A stretch of DNA of 19,615 nt, filler included, from Diploschistes diacapsis (Eukaryota): the NCBI GenBank assembly GCA_023645945.1. It is 2 parts of 2 records of this genome, joined end to end, with 100 filler letters (N's around TTAATTAATTAA, not from the genome) between each part and the next. Parts side by side here need not be neighbours in the genome. Positions count along the whole stretch, not along the records: positions 9,871 to 19,615 come from JALAIB010000999.1; 1 more part is not named here. The stretch is one strand, 5' to 3'. This document shows, piece after piece, positions 10,784 through 19,615 of this stretch. A model generated the notes under the pieces. The model had not been told where the DNA came from. It made no database searches and worked only from the letters and a program-made list of their open reading frames with translations. The position numbers and the translations under genes were made by a program. Positions within the stretch are counted from its first letter, which is position 1; every line of letters begins with the position of its first letter.

Positions 10784-13700
10784 ACAAGATACTTTCGGAG
10801 TTAATTTCTTATCTACGGTTTTTTCTGCGCCCATAAACACACTAATCTGCAACTATAGTCCTGCGCTTCGCTTAGGAATAAGTAATGCATCCTGGGAGCT
10901 GCCGCCAGGATAATAATAATATACGAAAATGACCAATGATCTCGATCGGGACTGAGTACACTAGATTCCATATACTGCATCTGGATGAAGTTAAAGGACA
11001 CAGAGCTTTTGCGTCTCGTTCAGGGTATGTGTGACAGCGTGCCGGCTTAGAAGAGCTTGGTTATTTCGGATCATAATTGGTTGCACCTTTTTCATGCCCC
11101 CTTCACAGGCTACCTGGTATATTTCTTCGTCCAACTTTAGGAGCTTCTTCGAACGTACAACAAGGATTGTGTATAGGCTCTAGCAAAAGCGAAATCAATT
11201 CCAGTGACCATTGGGGAGAATTGAGCACGGAATCAGCCGGGTGCATAGCGTTAACATCAAAAGTATCTCCGTCACGTGGATAGAGCGGGCCGACAAGTCC
11301 GGCATTCTTGGCACTCCCAGTTAAATCGCCAACGCTTGATGTCGATCCAGATTTGGTCGTACCTAATATATGAGCTAGTCTCGTGCAGTGCTTTAGAACA
11401 GGGATTCCTCAATGTAGGTCCAGGATGACGGATGGACCTCCCCCGAAAAATATTGGCATGCTTTGCTGCCAGCTGTCTACGCAGCAGGCAGGCGATACTG
11501 CTGATGATGATTTGCACGGCAAGTATCTCTTCCATCACTTCCGTCTGCATAAGAGCTCGAAGGGTGCTTCAGGCTAACTACACAATAGAACCGAGATACT
11601 TGAAGTGCCCCCAGGACCTATCAATTCTGTTTGGCAACTGATTTGAAGGATTTGGAGCTTTTGCATGGCATGAAGTGGTGGAAGAGGTTCTCGCCGTACC
11701 AATTACTGTTAATATCGCATGGTAGGTTAGCGCTGGGCGGATGCTGTCATCCGGCTCAGGGAAAGATCTAAATTCGAGCCGGAAGCCCAGCCGAATCTGT
11801 CAAGGGAAATGCATTATTGGAATAGCTGTCACACACTAACCTCAATAATTGATTAATAATGAGAAGTCACGTACGCAATTCATAGGCGTTGTGGAAGTGC
11901 ATGAGAAATTGGGGCGGCTGTTCGATATTCAATTGTTGGAGCTCACAGCTGACGGACCGGGGGGGGGGCTTAGCAGTAGGCACTTTTTACGGCTGCCTTG
12001 GCCGCCTAGTTCGGCTTCATATACGCGGCTGGGCTTACGACAGCAAGATACCATGAGCGGACTATTTGAACATAGCGACGATGATAACGACGAGGAAAAG
12101 CAGGAGCTAATTTGGGGTTGGTCATGTTTCATGGGAAAGGGGGGAGATAAGAGGGGGGGGGGTTATAAGGAGCAAACTCAAAAAATATGGGGGAGTCGCC
12201 CCCCATAAGAGGTACGGAGCTGGAGTAAATCTTCCCCGCTTTTGTTTCCATCTGCCCCCTTTTATTCCCCCACGCCAAACCCAACGGACCGCTCACATGG
12301 TAAAGTTAATCATGCTCCAGCCTTGTCTCAAGCCACCGCCTTTCCCATCTCGCTTTTTCTGCCGAACCCATACGAACCAGGCATGGCATGCAACCTCAAG
12401 GCTCAAGGGCTGGACCACGAGCGGCATCCATATTTACATCTCTTAATTTGGAGCAAAAAAACAAGAAAAATAAAAATAAAAATAAAAAGAAGATGAAGGG
12501 GCAATGACCATTTAGAACGAGACGGACTGAAGGAGGGTGAAGTGAAGATAGAGCGTCTCAGCGTGCCAATTCCCTTGTGAGCAAATCTTCCCCAGACTTA
12601 CCCAAAACGCTCGGTGGAGCAGATCAGCTCCACGCTGTTGCATGATGCAAATACCTCTTTGCAGAAACATCCGACGAAATATGCCGCCCGATGCAACGTC
12701 ACTTGGAGCCTAGAGGCTGGAACTGCCATTATTGGCTTTACGAAAGCAGCCAAGTGAGAAGGGAGAAATTGATCGATCGATTGATTGCGCAGCCGGTGCC
12801 CCGGATTCAAGCCGTGTAAGGTTGCAAGGTTGCAAGGGGGATAGATGGATGACTTCTTTTTGATTATGCACTACAGAGTACTGCCCCATTTCTGCTGACG
12901 CTTATTTCTCCGCTACACGTGTCGTTTGACAGGGTTGTAGAGATCCGATAACGAGGGGATGCTGGGGGGTCACTCCGACACCCTGACACCCCGACACCAC
13001 GACAAGCTGAAATTTAGCTGCTAGCCTGTTACTCTGTGCTCGCCCTTGTCATTCATCCCACCTTGCTATTATTCGAAAGGCATGAGACAAAAGCCAACAC
13101 AGGACCGACCAATTTCCCATCTCGGCTTCCAACCATGCCTCACAAAAGCTTTGCAATTTATTTTTAAAGCATCTAATGCGGATTGCGCATCGTCCAGCCG
13201 GTCCCCTGCAAGCCACACCATGCGGTCTATACCCTCCTCATTCCTCCCTATCTCTCTCTCCACATAACACAGCATGCAGAGTAATCAGGCCAAGGGGCGA
13301 CAAACATCTCTGCCCCAAAACCTCACCCCTCGTAGAGAACTAGGGCGAGCGCCGCTTTGTGGTCGCCCGACACGGGTGACCCGTCGCGGCGAGCCTGGCT
13401 GATCCCGGGGTGACTGCGCCCCTGCTTGGGAGAAGGAGCTGCTACCTGATTGCTTGCTGTTCTTTATGAAAATTTATTACGTGTTCTCTTTTCGCCGTCC
13501 AGGTGGGGGCGGTTCTTTTGCTATATAAAAAATGAAACGAAATTTTAAAAATAGAAAGTTTAAGACCTAAATAAGGAAATTACAATAAATCTTAATGAAA
13601 ATAAATTATCGCTATTATATCGATCTAAAATTACTATTAAAGCGGAAATGAAAATTATCACAAAATGTATCTAAACGCTGTTTAGCTCGATATAATGGCA

Positions 13701-15664
13701 TTCTTGATAGTCGATATAAGCACAAAATGTTTCTTACTAGCATGTCCCCGAAGGGAGGTAGAGAATGATAACTATGGTAGGAAGCACGTCACATTATGGA
13801 CTATGAATGGAACTATAGCGAGTTGTTAGGCAACTTGGTAACCTTCCCACCGATCTCAGATCCTGCCCATGTTTCCATCATCTCCCTAGTACTACATATA
13901 CTTCCAGTGTTCGATCCCACTCCGTTCATGCAAATGCGACGGAGATAGCCGCGAGGGACCTTCTAGATAGATCAATGCCTACCACCACTCATTTCGTCCA
14001 TGGGCCATCAGAGCATCTTGTTTTCTAGCAGAGCCCCCCCAGGCAGACAGGACCGTCCACTTGGTTGTTACAGAGGATGCCGGGAGATACTGCGACGAGC
14101 AAGCTCGACTAGTTGGAACGATGGACAGGAGCGAGGCCCAGAAGTGCGGCACTCTGTCGTCTGACAGATGACGCCTACCAACCCCATTATGCCTATGCGT
14201 AGATCGTAGCCCAACGTCCTCACCGCCTTGCAGGCGCGCAACAATCCAAAACCTCCTCTTTGAGCATTCACCGGCACCGAATGTTGAGTTATTGGATAAG
14301 GGAGGAGGAATCAGGCGCTTAATAGCTTTTATCTAAGACCGAGCCTGAAGCGTTGGCGTTGTAAAGTGCCTTCCCCCAAGGGACATTGTCGATCGGACCC
14401 CAATGCACGTGAGTATTCTCGAGAGCACTATTGGTCGTGTTAGCTTATGCTCAAAGGTTGATAAGGTATATGGAACACTAACAAGCTTGTAACACCTCAC
14501 CTTGTGCGTGTATGAAGTCTTTCTCAAAATCAAAAGCGCGACCTAGTAACTCTACCAGATCAGTCCGAAATTTGATGAAAATTCAAGAGCAATAGATGAA
14601 TCGTTGAATGGTTTTGGTTCATCTCGCGATGACATTTAAAATTACCTTAGTTTGCTGCATTAGCGCTCGAAAAGTTTCCGCAATAAGGTAATTCCGTCCC
14701 ATCATCTCAATCTCGAAACTTTCTAACCAGGGAATCTTAACAGGTGGGAAAGGAAAGGTAAGCGTAAAGCGCTAATCACCCGGTCGGGATAGCTCCCTCG
14801 CTAAAGCGGCCGCCCCCGAGCGAGCTTTGAGTCTATTGTTTACAGGGCCACCACCGGAAGACAAACTACGTTGCAAAAGGCCACGAGGCACATGTCGAGC
14901 TGAGACGTGGGAGAAGGTGTGCAGCCAAGAGCAGGCAGGCACTTGGTGATGCATGATTTGAGGCTCGTGCATTGGCAAAGCCGGAACCCCTCGCTTTGAC
15001 TTTTTGACGACCAGATCCGGCGACAACGTGGGGGAAAGAAAGAAACATGCAGTGCTGCACCGATTGTTGTTGACTTATCCGCTCAGTGTTGGGGGCATTT
15101 TCGCTTATCTGTGGGCGCTTTCCTTTTCCTCGAATACCCGTGCCATGCCATGTACAGTGTCCATTATCCAAGTGTTCAGTGTAGCCGCCAGTGGGTCCGG
15201 TCGCTCACCGCCAAGGAGCAGGAAAATTTCTCTTATCTCTTCCCAATTCATCGACTCCGGTTTTCCTGCGGATAGGAGAAGCAGAAGGTGGGGGAAGGCG
15301 CCGTTTGTACCTGGTGGGCATGTAAAGTGTGGAGTGTGGGGGAAAGTTGGGCGGTCGCATTGAAAATCTCTGCACTGTTGGCTGTTGGCTGTTGCTGCTG
15401 CTGCTGCTGTTGCTGGACTGTGGAGCGAAGCGTCTCCCTTATCTACTACCATGAGTGCAGGAGGTGGGTTTGCCTTGCTTTTTGTGGCTGCTGCCTTGCA
15501 GAGGAAAGAAAGAGGCAAAACAATCAGTCTCCGTCCCAAGTACTATCTGTAGTTACCTACACTGCTTGTGTGTGCCCATATGAGCCATTTGATAAATAAA
15601 TGTGGCTGTCCATATAGGGCTCGATAATATGTACGAACTTACATACGTAGCAGAAAGCAGGCAG

Positions 15665-15891
15665 TGACTCACTTACTCACCCAACTCGGGGTGGGGCCCC
15701 TGATATAAGAATAGACTCGGAGCTGGGGGAGAGCTGGGAGAGCTGACGAGAGCTGGAGGGGCGGTGCAAGAAGTCAGACTTCAATAAAAGGCTCTGTGGT
15801 GCAGTGGGGGGACACTGGGAGACACCGGAGCAAAAGCTAGCTGACTGCTGACTGATGACTGACCCCCCCGGTTCAATCCCAATCCCCCCGG
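15665..15891 (+). promoter_or_regulatory. creA upstream cluster of SYGGRG (CreA/Mig1-type) sites plus a TGACTCA bZIP-type site
   Basis: TGACTCA 15665-15671; GTGGGG 15691; CTGGGG 15723; CTGGAG 15753; GTGGGG 15804; CCGGAG 15825; CCCCGG (minus-strand site) 15866 and 15886. Function is inferred from known creA autoregulation. Confidence 0.5.
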
Positions 15892-16878
15892 TACATGTCC
15901 CCCCCCATGGATTCCGGACTGCTGGGCGCAGTTAGTTCTGTCTGGCGTCCGCTGGGCTGCCCGGGCATAAGCTTAATCGCTCGTCCAGTTGACTGACTAG
16001 CAGCAACTTAAAACGCTTAGGAATGTTCCGACGAGCGAATGCGATCGACCGGCTGCATCACGACATTGTCCCCAAGACCTGGCCCTCCACACTTGTCCGC
16101 GCAAGTCCCACACCCACACCCATACCAGTAAATTCTAAGACATTATTCCCCCCCCCCGATTGAAACAAGTACGGTTGAAGTACAGTACCCACTTTATGTC
16201 GTATCTACGAAAGATAGTACTGTGTTTTGTATCTGACACTTAAAAAGACTTCTACTCTACCTGCCCATCTGCCACCTGCCCCACCAGCAAACCACCCCCT
16301 TCCACCCTGGTTAGTCCAGCTTATACATCCACTCCGCCCATCCCCAGGAATTTCTCAAACATATCATCATCGACACGTTTCAACCGTCTTTTCTTTTCTT
16401 TTCTTCTCTTTTCGCTGTACCTCTCTCTGCTGTTAACTCTTTAACTCTTTTCCCCACCGCTTCTCCCCCATACCTTACTGCAGTCCCCCAAAGCCCAAGT
16501 CTTCTTTCCTGGACTCTCATCGAATCAGCTTCCAACCTCGCCCACCAATTTGCAAGCCTTTCTGCATTAGGTTTCTGCCAGATACTTGGATATTGAAAAT
16601 CATCACCGCTACTTTCTCGCCGTCTCAATAGGCTCACATCTTCGGCTCTCTATCCTGGAATTAGAGGACGTTTGGCAACACTAGACCTCTGCAGTCTACA
16701 AAACGACAACCCTGCCCCAACGTTCTGGCTCTTTCCCCCCTATCCCGGGTCGTCTCGACCGCTACGCTTGCGTCAAGCCAAGACTCCAAAGCTCCTACCG
16801 AAACGACATTACTTGGCGTCAGTGTAGGGAGATTCAGGCACAAATCGATTGGGGGGATATTGGGCTCGGGAACTCTCC

Positions 16879-16884
16879 ATGTAA
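16879..16884 (+). promoter_or_regulatory. Start-stop (ATG-TAA) minimal uORF in the putative creA 5' leader
   Basis: CTCTCC-ATG-TAA ends 54 nt before the main ATG. It is the only plus-strand ATG between 16200 and 16938. Confidence 0.5.
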
Positions 16885-16893
16885 AAAGCGGCA

Positions 16894-16913
16894 GCAAGCA
16901 AGCAAGCAAGCAA
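16894..16913. repeat. (GCAA)5 microsatellite in the creA leader
   Basis: Seen directly between the start-stop element and the main ATG. Confidence 0.9.
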
Positions 16914-16938
16914 AGGTGACCTCGAAACACGCTATCAC

Positions 16939-18372
16939 ATGCAACGGGCGACGTCCACGGTGGATTTTTCCAATCTGCTCAACTCAGACTCCACGTGTTC
17001 CCAGAGACCACGCTCCACTCCTCATTCACCATACTTGCATCCCCAGGAGCATCACGGAGACCGCGCTGCAATGACTGTAGCTGTATCGAGTCTTCACGCA
17101 CCCGCTATGGGGGGACTACAGGCCGGAGACCGGCCTGCAGATCTGCCTCGACCTTACAAGTGTCCCCTCTGCGACAAGGCCTTCCACCGGCTGGAGCATC
17201 AGACGAGACACATTCGAACCCATACCGGCGAGAAGCCACACGCCTGTCACTTTCCTGGGTGTTCCAAGCGCTTTTCGCGCTCCGACGAACTCACGCGGCA
17301 CTCGAGAATACACAGCAATCCAAACTCTCGAAGAAACAACAAGGCGGGGACCAGCATACCTCCGAGCCAGACCTCGGCCGTCGTCAACTATGCACACGAA
17401 CAATCGATGCTTCTGCCGGCGTCGCGAAACATCTTCCCTCAGTCGGCGCCTTCCAGCAGCGTCGGGTCGCCGAACGTATCGCCCCAACACTCGTACGCAG
17501 CCGCACACCCTCCGAACCCGGCTTCGTACCAGCAAAGAATGTCGGGGGGCAGCCCGCCGAATGGGCAGTCGAGGAATCCCCTGGACATCAACCTGCTCGC
17601 TACTGCAGCCGATCAGGTCGAGCGGGACTGTTCTGCCCTCAACGCTCATGGGCCTGCCACCTCGAGGCTCAGCGGCTCCCACGTAGCTCATCTTCAGGCC
17701 TATCAGCCGCACGCCCGACACCACCCTTCATCCCTGTCCGCCTACGCTTTCTCGCATTCGTCGCATTCCACGGCCAACAACTCGCCCGCTCTATCGCGAT
17801 CGCATTCGCCCGCGCGGTACTCGCTGGCCTCGCCTCAATCCACCGCCCCGTCCTCGCCCTCCTTTTCCCACGACTCGCTCAGCCCAACGCCCGATCACAC
17901 GCCACTCGCGACTCCAGCGCATTCCCCTCGTCTAAGGCCCTACGGCCTTCCGCAGCCTGCCCTCCACCCTTCCGGGTCCAGCTCGTCGATATCGAACCTG
18001 GTCGATTCGCCAGGCATTAGCTTGCCACATGGCCTGCAGCTGCCTGGCCTGCGTCACCTTTCGCTTGGGTCGACGATCCCGATGCCTGCATCCCTTACCT
18101 CTTCGTCCGCGCACGGATTGAGCATCCAGCCACCGCCGCTGGCACCCATGGAGCCTGCCACCGAGACGACATCCTCGGCTTTCTTGAGCCCGCACGGTAG
18201 CAACAACACCAGTCCATACGGAAGCTACCAGTCGCCCACCCCTTTCGGACAAGCCGGCAGGTTGAGCGATATTATGCGGAGCAGTGACGGAAGTCAGCGG
18301 AAACTGCCCGTTCCAAAGGTCCCCGTGGGAGACATGCTTTCCCATGGCGGAGACGCCTTGCAAGAGCGGTAG
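16939..18372 (+). CDS. creA: Carbon catabolite repressor CreA/Cre1 (two C2H2 zinc fingers), 477 aa, intronless
   Basis: N-terminal MQRATSTVDFSNLLN; zinc fingers PRPYKCPLCDKAFHRLEHQTRHIRTHTGEKPHACHFPGCSKRFSRSDELTRHSRIHSNPNSRRNNK; SAPSSSVGSPNVSP; DINLLATAADQVERD; STAPSSPSFSHDSLSPTPDHTPLATPAHSPRLRP; LPGLRHLSL; LAPMEP; LSDIM...QRKLPVPKVPVGDML. All are CreA hallmarks. Confidence 0.98.
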   Translation: MQRATSTVDFSNLLNSDSTCSQRPRSTPHSPYLHPQEHHGDRAAMTVAVSSLHAPAMGGLQAGDRPADLPRPYKCPLCDKAFHRLEHQTRHIRTHTGEKPHACHFPGCSKRFSRSDELTRHSRIHSNPNSRRNNKAGTSIPPSQTSAVVNYAHEQSMLLPASRNIFPQSAPSSSVGSPNVSPQHSYAAAHPPNPASYQQRMSGGSPPNGQSRNPLDINLLATAADQVERDCSALNAHGPATSRLSGSHVAHLQAYQPHARHHPSSLSAYAFSHSSHSTANNSPALSRSHSPARYSLASPQSTAPSSPSFSHDSLSPTPDHTPLATPAHSPRLRPYGLPQPALHPSGSSSSISNLVDSPGISLPHGLQLPGLRHLSLGSTIPMPASLTSSSAHGLSIQPPPLAPMEPATETTSSAFLSPHGSNNTSPYGSYQSPTPFGQAGRLSDIMRSSDGSQRKLPVPKVPVGDMLSHGGDALQER

Positions 18373-19263
18373 GAGTGGTGGCAGCGAAGTGCTTGCGCCA
18401 TGAACATCGGCTTGCCATTCCGGCCAGACCCATCTGCAGTAGGCGGGGGACCCATCTGCTTGTGGGCATTTTTTCACCCTGGAGCATTTATAAATTCGAA
18501 CCGAGACGGCCTCGTTTACGATACTCGATAGATTTCCTTGCTCTACTCTTCCATTTACCCCTCATTGTTCAGCACATTCGACTTACTTTTCCTGGCTCGT
18601 GATACACCCTTAGAGGCGCAGGCGGCTGTTTGTGGTCTGGTTGGCATTTCCGATAGAAGTGGAATACATGCGGTTAGCGATTGGGGTTTTGGTCTTTGAC
18701 GGATCTACGATGGCGGATCAATTTACTGGATGGCAAGAACAGATCGACGTACTGCCATCAATAATAGTCTAATTTACAACCCTTCTCATATCTATGTCTT
18801 GAGGATTGGAAGATGGTGCGTTGCGTGTCCAAATCTCCACTTTCCATTCCCTCCCTTGCCTCCATGCTCATCCTTGCTGAGTGTGAGGCTGCTCTAGATT
18901 CCAATGTAGTCTGCAGTTACGCACAGTTACAATTATTCCGTAGGAGACTAGACGTGGGAGAGATGCTGGTCTATTAATAGACAATAATTCAAGACCTGTG
19001 TTCTTTGAGATTAGGGCATCAGGATGGGTATATTTAATTTTGTGAACAAGGCGTGTATCTCCTCGACCTCCTCGCCTAACCGATCGGGATCACGCCTCAA
19101 GAGTGGTAAGAGCGACAACAATAGATACTAACTTACATGTAAGTAATAACTTCCCAATAGAAGAACAAGACATAAAACTTAACCCCAGACAACAGGACCC
19201 TAGAAGCCCTAATTTTGGATAATGGAACATCCTTTAAAGCCTATCTTATTGAGCTAGCCAGCC

Positions 19264-19615
19264 ATGGAGCAAGACAACACCAATTTCAGCAGCCCGTCCT
19301 CTCGTAAGTTTACCTGCCTCCCTACCAACCTACCTTCACATTGTCTTTCTTCTTCTTCTTCTTCTGCTTCTTCTTCTTCTTCATCCAGCTCGCCAGTGTC
19401 CATCACCACCGACCGATCACTCGCTCAACCATACTCAAATAACCCCTCCACTCCTCCCTCCTTCCAAGAAGAAAAAAAAACGAACCCCCCAAATCCTACA
19501 ATATCTCCTGACACTAATCCCAGACCGCCTCCCCACAATCCCCGCCTCCCAAGCCCTCCACCGCCTCTCCACGCCCCGGCACTCGTGGGTTTCCACGGGT
19601 CTCCCGTGCCTTGAC
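19264..19615 (+). CDS. rad55: RecA-family Rad51 paralog, RAD55/Rhp55-like DNA repair protein (5' part; continues beyond the right edge)
   Basis: Exon 1 19264-19303 (GCCATGG; MEQDNTNFSSPSS), intron 19304-19523 (GTAAGT...ACTAAT..CAG), exon 2 from 19524 giving H-RLPTIPASQALHRLSTPRHSWVSTGLPCLD. HRLPT..ASQAL...STGL..LD matches the N-terminus I recognise from filamentous-fungal Rad55-like proteins, ahead of the Walker A motif (which is outside the window). Confidence 0.72.
19347..19383. repeat. Imperfect (TCT)n microsatellite inside the rad55-like intron
   Basis: TCTTCTTCT... tract with one interruption. Confidence 0.85.

Noticed and set aside
16995..18020. 341-aa alternative-frame ORF and antisense ORFs over creA
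   Set aside because: These are explained by the GC-rich, Ser/Pro-rich codon usage of creA. The 341-aa ORF has a GTG start and no domain.
18370..18531. Possible stop-codon readthrough extension of CreA
   Set aside because: The frame stays open after TAG, but the stop context is not a known readthrough motif. GGDALQER already matches the normal CreA ending.

Overview
This window is filamentous ascomycete (Pezizomycotina) nuclear DNA. Manual splicing gives four protein-coding genes. (1) The 5' part of a WDR89/YNL035C-like WD40 gene on the minus strand runs off the left edge and needs a GC-AG intron. (2) A complete 8-exon laeA/lae1 methyltransferase gene (5694-7030) encodes 300 aa. (3) An intronless creA/cre1 carbon catabolite repressor (16939-18372) encodes 477 aa. 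(4) The first two exons of a RAD55/Rad51-paralog gene sit at the right edge. A 100-nt artificial spacer (N44-TTAATTAATTAA-N44, 9771-9870) separates the laeA and creA halves, so their physical linkage is unproven. An AT-rich, RIP-like repeat relic follows the spacer. The most notable points are a CreA lacking the usual acidic SHED/KRSRP segment, a lone AUG-UAA start-stop element with a weak-context main AUG in the creA leader, a cluster of CreA-type and bZIP-type sites upstream of creA, and a compact GC-rich multi-hairpin element at about 13.4 kb. I could not support a new multi-gene system. Most ORFs in the supplied track are shadow or noise ORFs.
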